Part shown: piece after piece, positions 1 through 13,925 of the stretch
How the letters are laid out: each line of letters begins with the position of its first letter
Position numbering within the stretch: position 1 is the first letter of the stretch
Assembly: GCF_964355755.1 (NCBI RefSeq)
Contig: NC_092672.1
Span: forward strand, 28,030,437 to 28,094,436
DNA: 64,000 nt
Direction of reading: 5' to 3'
From: Antedon mediterranea
Taxonomy: Eukaryota > Animalia > Echinodermata
Program-made: the position numbers and the translations under genes
Notes under the pieces: generated by a model
Databases searched by the model: none
Seen by the model: the letters and a program-made list of their open reading frames with translations, nothing else
Told to the model about the DNA's origin: nothing

Positions 1-183
1 AAATCAAATATAAAATGGTTTATAGAGTAGAATAATTTTTATGAACCTTTATTTAATTTGTTAGATGGATATCTTTGTTGTTTTTATTTGTTGCTTTTTA
101 TTTTAATTTTTTATTTGATTATGTTTTTCCTTTGTAATGTATTATATGATGAAATAAAAAAAAAAAAAAAAAAAAAAAAAAAA
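1..183 (+). mobile_element. Probable 3' end of an L1/Tx1-type LINE (ORF2 end, T-rich 3' UTR, poly(A) tail)
   Basis: Frame 1 ends ...KSNIKWFIE* at 30, like the terminal KW of the Tx1 ORF2 at 46034. A T-rich UTR follows, then AATAAA running into a ~28-nt A tract (156-183). Confidence 0.45.
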
Positions 184-2138
184 TGAAGTAAAAATTAAAG
201 TTTAAAAAGTTAAAATTTAGGCTGGTGCACGTGCAAGTGGCCACACATCCAACCAATGGAGTATATGCCACAATGATGACGCCACTACAATATTGTGATT
301 TTGATGAGTTTGGATTTTATTTACTGAGACAAACATTTCGGCGCGCGCGTTTAATAAATACTAATTAAGTTGTGCTATCATTATTATCTTTAACAATACA
401 TCACGCTGTGTTATTATTTTACTTTTTTTAATAATTAATTAATTCCTGTAGTTAAAATGAATTAAATTGCAATATAACAGGAAAATAATTGCCACGTAAG
501 ACCCTAAAATAAATTTGGTGCAGTACAAAAGGTGAGGAAAAATAAAATAATTAATTTTACATAAATATACAATAATAGATAATAACGCAGGCTGTTTGAA
601 ATGGATAGATTATTTATTTATTCATACGATCTGAATTTGATTACATACAACAACAGTATGGAAAAACTTTCAAGCAAGCAATTTAAGAACAAGGCCATAT
701 AGGCTACAGTCGCGTACTGAAATTCAGTCCAAAATACGCAGAATTTTTTCCAAAATACGTCAAGTTGAGGGCGCTATACTAATCCAAAATAAGTGAGTCT
801 TTCCAAAATACGTCGACTTGAGGGCGCTAATCATTTTCCAAAATACGCGAATTGTCCAAAATACGCTATTTTGTAGCACCCCACCCATTTTTCTCCCCTC
901 AGACTAGTAAAATTGTTATTTTATTATTTTATGGAATCAAAATAAATTTATTTTATATAAAATGTATATATTCAATACAAACAAAATTTATAATTAACTA
1001 TCAAATAAGACCATTTAAAAAAAAAAATCTGTGGTAAACTTATTGGTTAAAAAAGTGAAAACTAAGTCTAAAAAACATCTTGTGAACAGCACCCTTAACC
1101 TTCAATTTTTATTTTTTTTTAAACAGATACAATTTCCTAAACTTAACTGGTTATCATTTTTTTTTAATTTCCTTTTTTTACAGAAACTTTTTATGAAAAC
1201 TTAATATTTTTCTTGAGCTTATAAGATAGTACAGTAAGCTATGTAGAAAATATTATTACACTAAATTCATATTTTATTGGACAGATAATGTTAATAGCTA
1301 CTACCAAAGAACTTATAACACAAGAATCTCCTGTTCGTCCGAAGCGCGTAACAATTTCGAAAGGCATTGTGGGATAGAATAGAGCTAATGGGTGGCGCCA
1401 TTGTGAGCCATGGAGTAGGGCACCCGCATCAAAAAGAAAGTCAAAATCATAGAGGGGATCTGCTAATACTCTAGGGGGGATAGAGTAATTGACTGAGGAG
1501 TAGGGCGCCCGCATCAAATTAGAAAGTCAAAATCATAGAGGGGATCTGCTAATACTCTAGGAGGGGTGGGGGATAGAGTAATTGACTTCCTAGAGGGGGC
1601 GCTGCTCCATGCTGTGAAATGGCGTCGCCCAGTTTGACCTTTTAAACCTGTACTTCCGATACTGTGTTTTGAATGCAAATTGAAGAACAGGAGAGTCTTT
1701 TGTTATAAGTTCTTTGCTACTACCTACTAGATAGTGATTAAGTTCGCTTTTTAGGAATCCTGTCTCTGCCTTGTGTGATATTTTCTTGTTCTTTGTCCAC
1801 GTTTTTTTATATTGTATTTTATGGAGACAAAAATAAATGAAATGAAATAGCTATCCCTCGATATAATGTTTAATAAAATACATATAATATTTATTGAGTT
1901 ACGAACAATAATAGGTTTGTGATATGAAATAGCAGCCATTTTTAACTTCATCGTGGATTTGAGGATAACCGCAGAAAATTCGCAACGGCATACATCTGAA
2001 TTATTTTTCCTAGGCTTAGGCTATAACAAAAACACTTGGTGTGCTTATGTGTAGATTGGTGGCAATGACACACTGCGAAGCCTCTTTTTGGCACTTGGAC
2101 CTCTGCTTATAATTAGAAAGAAGCTTAAGCAAAATATA

Positions 2139-2546
2139 CTGAATACTGAATACTGAAATGCTTTATTTGTCCATCATCATCATCATAAAATAACAACAGA
2201 AGTTCTTCTTGAAGATTGACAATTATTAGTACAATAATAAATAGATATACAATAATAATATACACACACACAATTGCACAAAAAAATATAAGTTATGAAA
2301 CACGGTGTAAAAATGACTAGGTATTAAAATTGAATAGAATTCAGGAGATTAAAATAGTTTAAAAAAAGCTTTAAAAGGATTAAAAACAGCTTTAAAAGGA
2401 TTCAAACCATTAGAATGTTCCTAAAACCTTTACAATTTATAAATTGCCAAAATTTCAAATAGGCTAAAAATGTTAAAAACGTTTCAAAATATTAAAAATA
2501 TAAAAACATTTATAAATTGAAAAAAATTTACTTTTTAACAGTTTCA
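2139..2546 (-). mobile_element. 3' fragment of a CR1/L2-type LINE, present only in duplicate unit A
   Basis: Absent at the paralogous site 16466-16472 (caaaatatat-cgatat). On the minus strand it ends in AATAAA followed by a short (CAGTATT)n tail (actgaat repeats at 2138-2158). Confidence 0.5.
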
Positions 2547-2780
2547 TCGATATATTTAATGCAAATGAGCCAGCTATCACTGATAAACATACAATTATTA
2601 ATACTAAGTAAAACTTCAATCGATTCAGACGATTATCAGAACACAAAATACACACATGCATTTCATTTCTTTATCCTGTTCTGTGACACGGGTTTATAGT
2701 GCTTATTCATACTATAATTTCATGATAAGACAAGAGAAGCGAGAATTACTGTGTTTGGGTTTCTATTTTTTTTACTACTA

Positions 2781-5700
2781 CTAGTTACGCTTTATTTTCA
2801 TTTCTGACCATCTCAGATTTTCCCTCGTACTACTTCCAGTGAAGCACTGAAATGTAGATCCATACTTTCCATTTAAATTACATATGTGACAACTGTGATA
2901 CCACCAGGCGCCTTCATGTTCTTCAGCACAATTATGAGCTATATTGTCGTTATCTACATCACGTGTCGTAAAACCTTGCCCTCGATGATTCATCATCACA
3001 TCAACTGTTTAGGAAAGAAATGAATAACGATATTTTCTAAAAACATTAATTTTATTTTAAATGTTGGTTAACGTCGTCGTCGTAGTACTAGTAGTAGTGG
3101 TGGTAGTGGTAGCGGTAGCGGCAACGGTATCGGCAGCAGCACCAGCAATAACAGTAACAGTAGTAGTATATTTCATGATCTAACATGATTGTTGACAAGC
3201 ATAATCACATTCTGATATGTTTTGGCTTTAATGTCATAGTCAAATATTTAAGAGCATTGGAATCTTTAAAGCCCATTCCAGTCTATGTCTTAGTTGGTAA
3301 CACGAGTATTATTGAAATATAGTCAGGAGAAACAGTCCTTCAGATGTTTAACACTTTATTATTTGATGAAAATTCTTTTAAAACCTGTTTTCCACTAAGC
3401 TATCAAACAGTTTCGCAATGAAAAATGTGTGAAACCATTGGTTGTGTTTTATCATATCCCTAAGTAGATTCTGTCGAAACTGGTTAAAGTGAAAAACAAC
3501 TTGAGAAACACGAATTAATTAATTAATTAATTAAAAGAAAAAAGTTTGCCATAGGTGCATCAAACTGACACTTTCAACCACGACTTGCTTGTCTCTACAC
3601 TTACCCGTGTTGCCGTTTAGTTGATCGCCGACTTCCAAAGTGTAGTCATCACCTTCATTACTGATTCTGAAGGATTCGTATACTGAATAGTATGCTTCAC
3701 CAGAATCCGTTTTCATATCAATTCGAAGGTTGTACTTTCCAGATGACGTCATCTCATGTATATTGTCATTTGCCAGCCAGAACTCGCCGCACACATTTCC
3801 AAAACCATTTTTATATTCTTCCCAATACCGATAAAAATTCAGTGAATCATCCTCACGCCGCTGAAAAACCTAGAATACAGTGAACATACGATTTAAAAAA
3901 CGATACGGTTCCTTTGTAAATTTACTACAGTACATTTACCTATTTACAAAAATCAGAGACAGGTTTTAACATTAACCTCGGGTTTCATGATGTTCACCTC
4001 CGTAACATAAAATTGAAAGAAGGAATTCAGACAAAATCACCAATCAAGAAGGTTTATTACATCTCATGTTATGATTGTTACATGTATATGTCCTTTGATA
4101 AAACCACCAGTTCGTTAACAAATCGGTGCTGTTTTGTTATTTTGTGTACTTTGGTGTATTGAAAAACAAGACGTGTTTGCAGAATGATGCTGTCAAGTGT
4201 TTCCAGTCGATAGTACTACAGCATTTGCAATAAACAGAATTACAAAAGTGTTTGAATGAATTTGTTTGGACTGATGTTGTATTTTGTATGCAATTGTTTT
4301 AACGTGTATTAATTTGTTTTAGTACACGTAACCTACAGCTGTTTAGATAGCCTAAGTCCTACAAAAATAAGATATTGAATATTGATAGTCTGCTGCTTTT
4401 TTTTTCACGCTGCTGCTTTAGCCCGCTACGTCCTAGGAGGATGACTCATTAATAAACCGGAAGTAAGCAGAAGTTATATATCTAAAGGATGACAGAAATG
4501 CGAAAATGCATACTCGACTATAATGTATAGGTAACAGCTTCTGGACCCACAAAACGTCTGGGAAAGAGTCTGAACGACAAATCCCAAAGCATTTCTGGTA
4601 TTTATGAGTCCCATGATACTTCACCCTTGAAGTATCTAGGCTGATGAAGTGACCCCCAGACTTGACCTTAGCAATAAAATAAACTAAGTGACTGATATTA
4701 AATACAGATTATACAAATACATTTTATATTTGTTCGAATATAATAATATGTTACGTCAATAAGTGAGCAGCGTTTTTTGTAAGAAATATTTCTTGTTTAT
4801 ATAGTTTTTACATGTGTAGCCAAATCTACATGTCGTATTCTAGGCCTACATACCAATGACTATATACATGCCCTTTTATTAGGCATACGTAAACAAAATC
4901 TATAAAAATGTAGATTTACCGTCCATCCTCCTTCGCCAGTATCCATATCACAGTACACAAGCAATGCGTTTCTACCAGTCTTGGCAATTGGGTATAATCC
5001 GCTTCCACCGATTCCCAAAATATCCTGGCAATCTTTCACCTAGTAAATAAGCAAGAATATCAACAACATAACAGTGGTTTATTAAATCTTATTCCAATTA
5101 ATAATGAGAGAGAATGCATAATTCAATGTATATTGATGATGATCCAATTAAAGCATCGTCGATCATGTTTGTTGCACTATCAGCATCCATGGAGGAAATA
5201 TAATTATATTTCCTCTATGCAGCAACCTTTACAAATCAAGTTTTACAACAAAACATTTGTACTCATTTATAACACCAGAAAAACGTACTGCTGGCCGTAG
5301 TGTATACGCCCGGTGACTGCTTGTTTTTTCCAATCCCAAACGCCCAGATAATTCACATGATTTTGATGTGATGTCATAGCGAAATGATTGACAGTCAGGA
5401 GTAAGACTCAAACACAACAGAGAACATCGAGTTGCACTTCTTTTTCTAGTAGTAGAAAATACCGAATCAATTTCTTTTGATTTCAACAAATTCCGTTGGT
5501 TCTCAAAAATTGCAGATCGCATACAGGATTTACCTAATAAATAGGAAGTGTAAATGAAAAAAGAAATGCGTATAGAAATAAACTCATACTATAACTAACT
5601 TTGGATAAAGAAGCATTACTATACCTATATGTACTTAATTTCTTGTAGTTTCGTATGAATCTTTAAACTGTTTTTTTAGTACTTTTATAAAACAGAGAAA

Positions 5701-5968
5701 AGAAAATATGTTTATTCCCATTAATCTGGTATGCAAATGTTATGGACTAAATTACATCTAAAAAATAATAATTATTATATCATTATTTGTTCACAAATTA
5801 AGTGATCGCAAATCGCATTTTATTGGCCACCACGGCGCTTATTTGTTCATTTCACAGAGGAAATGTTTTAAGAAAAAAGTGTTTCATCTTACCTGATGTC
5901 ATTGAGATATTACAGTGAAATACAAAGGTACCAAGTATCACAGTGAAGCTGTACAATATGTAAAACAT
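2781..5968 (-). CDS. Secreted PAN/apple + fibrinogen C-terminal domain (FReD, ficolin/tachylectin-like) protein, copy 1; 5 exons, ~309 aa
   Basis: Exons (minus strand) 5968-5893, 5533-5289, 5039-4920, 3869-3605, 3004-2781. All introns are GT-AG with compatible phases; total 930 nt, no internal stop. Hydrophobic N-terminus MFYILYSFTVILGTFVFHC; PAN motif CSLLCLSLTPDCQSFRY...CEL; FBG motifs VYCDMDTGEGGWTVFQRR, GFGNVCGEFWL, FTTRDVDND, NCA...GAWWY..C..NLNG, SEMKIK. Confidence 0.9.
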
Positions 5969-6565
5969 TTTGAAATGGCACTCACTCTTCTTAACTTGAC
6001 TTAAATTAACGTCAGACAACGTTGTTGTCTCTCGCACGATCACCTACCTTACTGTAATCAAAATGTTCCTATAAAACATAATGCTTATCATATCGGCAAA
6101 TAAATAATATTCTTAGTTTCTATTTTAAAGAAAATATTTAGGTATGGTTTTTAAAAAGACATGAAAAACGATTATTATAAGTGCAAACGTCAAAATAATA
6201 ATAATAATAATATTTTAAAAAGTAACGGCTTTATAAAAATCAATTTAATTTGCTAGTAAAAACACAACTCAAAGTTTAATATCTCAATCTAATCAATAAG
6301 CGGATTGTTTTCATTTACTTGTTCGGTTTACTGATGTGTTGTGATTAGATACTGTAATAGCGTACAATATCTAACAATAACAGAAGTCGCAAGATAACAC
6401 ACCATCTACCATGTCCATAAATTGCGAGAGTATCAATAAATGCTGGATGTTTTCCAAAACTTTTAAAAAGAAAGATGTTGTGCTGATTTTATTTTATTTA
6501 TCCAACGTACACTGTGTGCGTGTTTCAATGCTGTGTGTGATTTAGGCTAATTTCACTACAAGCAT

Positions 6566-9500
6566 AATAATAATAATAATAATAATAAATACTTTATTTT
6601 AACACGGAAAAGCTTGTGTCACCATAAAGGTGTTCTTCTACAAGGCCGTGATCAACTAACAGTAATACATTACAAATTTAAATATAACACATTTTAAAAA
6701 TAACAAATTAGAGAACAAAAATATATGAAGAGAAACTTTAATTACTTTTATGCTAAGAGTACAAAATAAATAATAAATCACACCAATAATTTTGTTAAAG
6801 TATTTAAATTTGTGGCATTTTGCATTGGTTTTTCTAAAGTATTCCATAATCTAGCACCATGATATGAAAAACTTTTTTTTATATATTCTGTTTTGGGTTT
6901 GGGTGTAAATAGTTCGTTTAGATATGGTGGTGCTTGATTATGGAATATTTTATATAACATTTTGGCTTCATTATTATGTAGTTGAGTATTAAGATTTATC
7001 CAGTTTAAGTTTTGCAGGGCTTGTGTACTTGAGAGTCGTATTTCCTTGTTTTTGTAATAATTTTGGCTGCTCTGTTTTTTAGCATTTGTAGTTTATTAGT
7101 ATTAAATTTAGATCAATGTTTGCTAATTTTGCAAGCCTTTGTTGTGTTCCTATAAACATACACTGAGTTTTATTTACATTTAGACTAAGCTTGTTACTTG
7201 CTAGCCATGATTTGTTTTTTTTTAAATCTTCATTAATTTTTGCAAGTACTTCATTTATATCAGAAGATGCAAAGTAAAGAGCTGTATCATCTGCATACAT
7301 ACTAATCTGTACACTATTTACATGCTTTGGTAGATCATTTACATAAAGTATAAATAAGAGTGGTCCCAAAATTGATACGTTGGGGGATTCCACAATTACT
7401 ATAGCATGTACTGTATCTGACCGGACACCATTTACTTGTGTTTTAAGTGCGTACGATCACAAAGATAGTCTTTAAACCTATTTATAATAGAGACATCTAA
7501 CTTAAATAATTTAAGCTTGTCTATAAATATGGTATGATCTACCGTATCGAAAGCATTTTTTAGATCAAGCATGACTAAACCAATATACTTCCCACAATCA
7601 ATGTCATTTATCCAATCTTCTGTAATATTTAATAATGAAGATACAGTAGATAAATTAGGACGAAATCCGGATTGGTAAGCATAAATCATATTTTTTGAGT
7701 TAATAAATTGATAGACCTGATCAAATAAAACCCTCTCGATAATTTTAGAAAGAATCGTTAAAATTTATATGGGTCTGTAGTTGCTAGCTTCTGTCCTATC
7801 TCCCCCTTTAAAAACTGGGCAGATTTTGGCACATTTCCATCTTTTTGGAAAAGTACTGGTTGAGAGTAAGAGATTTACCAAATAAGGAGAGGTCCAACGT
7901 TTTGATCAATAACCAACTTCAGCATTTTAGCTGAAGCTCATCTAAGCCTGTCGCTTTACTAACAGCGAGTGAGTTTAATTGTTTATAAATATATTCATGA
8001 TTTACAAAACTAAATTTAAGTAGGTCCCTACTTTGATTAGTATTATTTTCAATAAGTAATCTAGGAATTTCTGGTGGGATGTTTTTTGCAAGGTCAGGTC
8101 CTATTTTGGAAAAATATTTGTTTAAATTGTTTGCTATTTTAGAAGAGTCTGCTGTTAGTTTGTTATCACTTGTTTTTAAGTTTGATATTTCAGTGTTTAA
8201 AGTTTTCCATATTTTCTTTGAATCTTTTGTATGTAATTGTTTAGAAAAATATTCTTTTTTACATTTCTTTATTTCAACATTTACCTTATTTTTACTTAGT
8301 TTGTATTGAGCCCACATTTCAGGTGTATTAGTTTCAGATGCTTTCTTTTTTAGTACATCACGCTCACGCATAGACCTAACTAGATCATCTGTTAGCCAAG
8401 GACTAGTTTTGTTTCGCACCCTCTTCTTTTTTAGCGGGGCATAATCATTAGCAATTTTAAGAAAATTAGTTTCGAAAAAATATGTAGCGTCATCGATATC
8501 ATTATAATATTGAATTTCTTGCCAGTTTATTTTTTCAATATCCCTTTTAAATTCATTTTCATTAAAATGTTTGTAGTTTCTACTTGTTTTATATTTATGC
8601 TTATGAGCTTTACACTTTTCTTGTTTACCAACAATTACATAGATAGCAGAATGGTCACCGATACCTGTATGTAATACACCTGATTTGGAGATACTATTAG
8701 GAACTGTTGTGTAAATATGGTCTATTAAAGTACTACTATTTTCTGTGATTCTCGTTGGCTCAGTTATTAATTGAGTTAGATGAAAATTGTTAGCAATGTC
8801 AATTAATTTTTTAGTATAACAAGATAGGTTTTTAGAATGAGTGTCACAATTTACATCCCCAATTATTTCATATATTCTAAATTTGTACTTTCAACATTCT
8901 CTAGTACTTCTTCTGTTTTCTCAAAGATCTGCATATCAGAATTTGGGGGTCTATACCATGATAAAAGGAGGAATGGTTTTGAATTTAATTGTTTAATTTC
9001 AATAATAGACATTTCCAAATGTTCATTCATAAGATCTGGTCTTAACTTATGAGTAGTCTTCCCGTTGCGATTTAAGTACACAGCAACTCTTCCACCTTCC
9101 TTGTTACGATCTTTACGATAGAGATCATAGCCATTTATACGTACATCATTATTACTAATAGTATAGTCAAGGCGAGTTTCATTTAAAGATATAACATCAA
9201 TTTCATTATTTTCTATAAGGTGTTTAAAATTGTCAAAATTACCTATTAGTGAAACAATGTTAAGACTTAAAATACTTAGACCATGTCTTTGAAATATTGA
9301 ACAGTCTTCAGTGAAAACATCCGTTGTACCGGTTACATCTTGAATCGAGTAGTTAGTTTCAAATAAGAGCGGTAGGCTTAACGTTTCGTTTAAAATATTG
9401 TTACTGTAAATGTCTTTTATTTTCACGGCCCTATCTTCATTGCCATCTTTTCATTGTCGTTGTAATAAACAAAATTTAGCCTTGTGGCCATCCTCTTGGC

Positions 9501-11023
9501 AGTACCAACATTTCCTATGTCGACAAACGCGGCGAACATGTCCATTTTCTCCACAGAAATGACAAGAAGCAATTAGAGTTTATGTTTTTGATGAGTGCAG
9601 TTGTTCCTCGTTCATTAAGGTGAAGTCCATGTCTTGTAAATTTCGAGGTGTCAAGTCCAAATGGTGATAGGAATGCCTTAAAGTTATCTATGAAGCAATC
9701 TTTGAAGTTCGCTTTTAGCATTTCATTAGTTTGTAGTACATGTAGATTTAGTTGAGGGTTGTCTAGTCTTGGGCATAAACCAGATACATAAACCTTTCCT
9801 GTGATTCTAGATTGCAGATAGACCATAAGTTCATGGAAATCAAGTTGTAGTTTATTTTTGTTGAAATTTGGATTTCCACAGTCATTTGTACCAGCATGAA
9901 CAATGACATTTTTTACCTGACTTAGATTTATTTCTTGAATGGTGGCAGTAATTTGTTGAACAGTAGCACCTCGTAAAGTCTTTACGCTAGTATTTATAAG
10001 ACCTCTTGTTGTAGTTGTAGTTTGTACATGAGCAGTTGATTTTACAGAATCCTTTATTTTACTTTTTTTTATTTGGCGTGCGATACTCATTTTGTTCCTC
10101 TGCTTTTTCATGACGCAAACTAGCAAACTGTGTTTCAAGGATTAAGTTCCTGTCATTTAGTTCTTTGAATGATGACGTGAGTTGCACAAAGTTGCTATGA
10201 ATATGTATCAATTCATTCAGTTGAGAGTTATGAGTTCACTTATTTTTTCATCCTGTTTTCTAATTTTGCTTTTAAGAGTTGGAATTTGGTCCCAATGAGT
10301 AGGTGTCTGGATTGATACATCAGTTATTTTAACTTGAGGAGTTTGTGTTGAAATTTCCCGAGTTTCATTGTCAGAGATATCAGCAATAGAGTTATCTGTC
10401 CTAGTTTGGTTTTCCTTTACACATCTGGTTGGCGTTGAAGCAAAGGGTGAAATGAACAATGATGATGAGTTCATGGTTATTTCTTCATCATCATAAAAAT
10501 GACTGAAATCATCACTGTTATTTATTTTAGAGACGGGAATTAAACTTAGGTTGACCATATTTATAAGTAACTCTGAAGTTTGATATTTATACAATTCACA
10601 AAACTCTAGGCCTCTTGTTTGTAAAGTTCAAGTCCAAGCTAATGTCTATGCATATCATAATTTTCTGTTGTAGTTACAATAGAAACAATTGAAGGTGGCT
10701 TTGCAGCTGTAGCTTCAAATAAACAGTCTATTCATCTTATCTCTAGGTGTTAAAAGCTTGGCTTGTCTGGCTTCTTGTTCAACTTGAGGTGGGCTAACTT
10801 TTGTGTGTTTAAGCCTACAGTTTAAAATAAGATTTTACCTTTAAAATTTCAGCAAATTTTCTTTATATATCCATAGATCAGTTTCTTATATATTGAAGTT
10901 CTTCTCCTGTTTGCAGTTTGTAGCTTACAGTTAGTCTTTTATGTTAAACAGTTTAAAAACATGGAGAGTCTAGACTGCCATGCACACACACGCCATGCCA
11001 GCTGATTCACACCGTCCTCCACA
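6566..11023 (-). mobile_element. Near full-length decayed L2/CR1-group non-LTR retrotransposon
   Basis: (TTA)n 3' tail at 6566-6590. RT motifs SILGPLLFILYVNDLP, YADDT, DLKNAFDTVDH and YQSGFR (7079-7689). APE endonuclease motifs LSLNIVSL, LNETRL and WYRPP (8863-9426). ORF1 has esterase-like HAGTND/GLHLN motifs (9515-10138). Multiple frameshifts. Candidate TSD AAGCAT at 6560-6565 and 11024-11029. Confidence 0.88.
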
Positions 11024-11329
11024 AAGCATGTGTATGTGAGTTCGGTGTAAAGGTTATGTAACCAGCCTTTCAACTAATAATAGTTACAATTGACTAACAA
11101 TAGAACAGGAACGCCAAAAACAAACGGGTGAATTTGAAAAGAAATAGGTTTTTAAAACTACTCGTATCTTGTAAATTAAATCGAATTATGTTTTAAAATT
11201 ATAAATAAAAAATTATAACTCTTGCTTCTTGTACAAAAATGAAGTTTTTTAGATATTAAAGTAGTTCTCGATAAATGCAATTCCAGTTTACTTGTTATTT
11301 TAAGACTGCTCGCCGGCTTTTGAAAATTC

Positions 11330-11570
11330 TGTCCTATCTTTTAACACTTCCTAGCAGGTCTGAAAATAATACTAAAAAGTGGTCCAGAATTAGGACCGTG
11401 GTCCGGATTGCCTCTAAAATTTATTGGAGTGGTCCTTCACCACATATCTATCTGTGTTTTCATTTTGCTAAAGATCTTTCTTTTTGAGTAATCCTACTAA
11501 CAAGCAAAGTAACAAACAAACAGACAAACACATGCAATCGACTACATATACCTTCTTGAGGGACGTAAAC
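11330..11570 (-). mobile_element. Short Helentron/HINE-like non-autonomous element; partial paralog at 28152-28320
   Basis: (ACAA/ACAG)n microsatellite followed by catataccttcttgagggacgtaa next to an A-run, resembling the DINE-1/HINE-like layout. Confidence 0.4.
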
Positions 11571-12574
11571 TACAATAGTCTACGGACTGAAAATATAGTC
11601 TAATAATATTGATAATATTAATTGTTAGGGTTCATGGTTTAAATATTGGGGTAAAACAAAAGTACACCTTTCTAATGCACTTACAACGGTACACGGAAGA
11701 AATGCATCAAAAAAGAAAGATTACTTAACTACTTTTTAATTTATGAATTTTGTGGAATAATAATTATAATATATAATAAGAATATAATAATATTTCAAAT
11801 ATAAAAATTACATTTCAGGAATATTCTTAAATAAATAAATTCAAAGGCGTCAGAAAATAAACTGTCTGTGGTCCGATTTTTATGAAATAAAAACAACTTG
11901 TTCAGCCAAAAATTGTCTTTGTCGATGAATCCTCAACGCATATGCCTATAGACTGCGCATACCTGTAATATTTCTGTATTTATTTACGATATTATTATTG
12001 ATTCGCAAATTTCTCTTATATTTCTTAAAGTGAAGAGATACCACCTTATGCTTTATACTTTTCTTTATTTTCTCATGTCACCGCTTCGTCGGTTTTGTTT
12101 TCATTTTGTTGTTTACCATATTTATTTACTGAATAAAAAAATCTTCCTATAGAGGGCCTCGTCAATTGAAATGATTTTAAAGATATTTATTTGGTTACAG
12201 TGATTTATCATTACTAGCATTAAGGTATTGTTCTGTTGCAAGTCCTTCAACTTCGTTGTAACACAATTAATAAAGGTAGGTCCGGTTTATTCAGAAACAA
12301 AATTGGTTTATTATAAGTTTTAATTGGCAACTGTATTATATTTTTACTGTGTACCAAAATCTAACCAAATTGAAGGGAAATTGTAAATAACACTCGTTTC
12401 TTTTTTATGTAGGCCTATTTAAGTGAATTAACTGGATAATATGAAGAGGTTTCTTGTAGCTGGTATGTATAACACTATTCACTGCCTATTCAAATTAGTA
12501 TTTCACAGGGTTATAATGAAATGCAATAGGTGGTTTCAGTACAGACTTACAGAATGTATAAATAAATAGGTCAA

Positions 12575-13500
12575 TAATAATAATAATAATTTTTATATTA
12601 TAATAATAGAATTGAAAACTTTAGACGTAGTGTTTCTGAACTTCTCACATCATCAAATTGCTGCCGGCTTTTCTCATAATAATTCAATAATACAGATGTT
12701 ATAAACACGTTTTACCAGCTTTGTAGAATAGTAAGGGATTCTCATGTCTTTGATTTTATTTTTGCTAATGTTAAAGATCTCGTCCCTGTTTTCAAACTTT
12801 CAAACTCCCACCCTGGTTTGAAAATCAACTTTACATTGCACTGAAATCTAAAGAATCATATTTAAGAGAAAAGAAACGTAAAATATTGAAAATTTTAGAT
12901 TTGCTAGGTCAAACTTTAAACGACTTGGTAGATTTAGGCCTAAGTATGGTAGTGTTGTAGTAGTGTTTAGTCATGGATAAAATCCTCAAGAAAAATAATA
13001 ATAAATAATCAGTCAGCTTACACTGTAAAAGACAAATCAAACTTACTTAATACATTTGTTTTATTCTGTTTTAGCCCTAATAATAAAGATTTAGATCTTC
13101 CTAATCTTCCTGATTATCTCATTGATTGTTTATATAAACTTGAGTTTAATCAGGTTATAGAACAAGGCCATATACATGGCTGAATTCGCGTGCTCAACCG
13201 ACCGACACAGTTAGCTGTAAAGTCGCGTTGCACGCCACTAAAAACACATTAATGAAATTGATTCCCATAAGGTAACGACGGTTTGGGTAATATTGTTTTG
13301 TCTTTACCTGCCAAACCTCTTTCTTTTCCTTGTAACATTTTATTTGAAAGATGTATTTCTGAAAAACTTTTTCCGATAAAATGGAAGCAAGCCAACGTGT
13401 GCCCTATCTTTAAAGCTGGTTCTAAATCTAATAGGATTTGTTGTAGACCTATGCCTACTAATGATATACAAAGCTATTAAAAGTTATGCTCGGCAAACCT
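12575..13500 (+). mobile_element. Old degraded CR1-type LINE fragment in SLC17 intron 1 (predates the duplication)
   Basis: Remnant RT-proximal peptide LFPIKWKQANVCPIFKAGSKS..CRPM (13283-13480). Near-identical copy at 30592-30789. Confidence 0.6.
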
Positions 13501-13925
13501 TTTTGAAAAGGTAGGTTTGACATAAATGCCATATCTACAATCAGTGATGCGTAGGTTTTGATAAAAGGGGGTTGATATATAAAATATATAGACATACACG
13601 GAGAATTTGAAACTAAATTCTTCCTTCTCCGTGGTACAGTGAGTTACATGTTAAGCATTGAATTTTCTGGAAACAATCATTTATATATATTACAATAATA
13701 CATTGTATTAATCGGTCCTAATATATAAATTAGAGTTTTGGTATTTTAAATTAATTAGTATTAGTAGATTGATGCACTTTCTATTTATTATAACATTTTT
13801 TTACTAAAATAATAATAAGCTCTGTCTACACTATCAAACTAGTTTTAGAAAAAAGTATGACGTGCCCAAATATGGTAGTGATATGACACGATGGACAAAT
13901 TACATTTTGTTGTCACATAGAGTAG

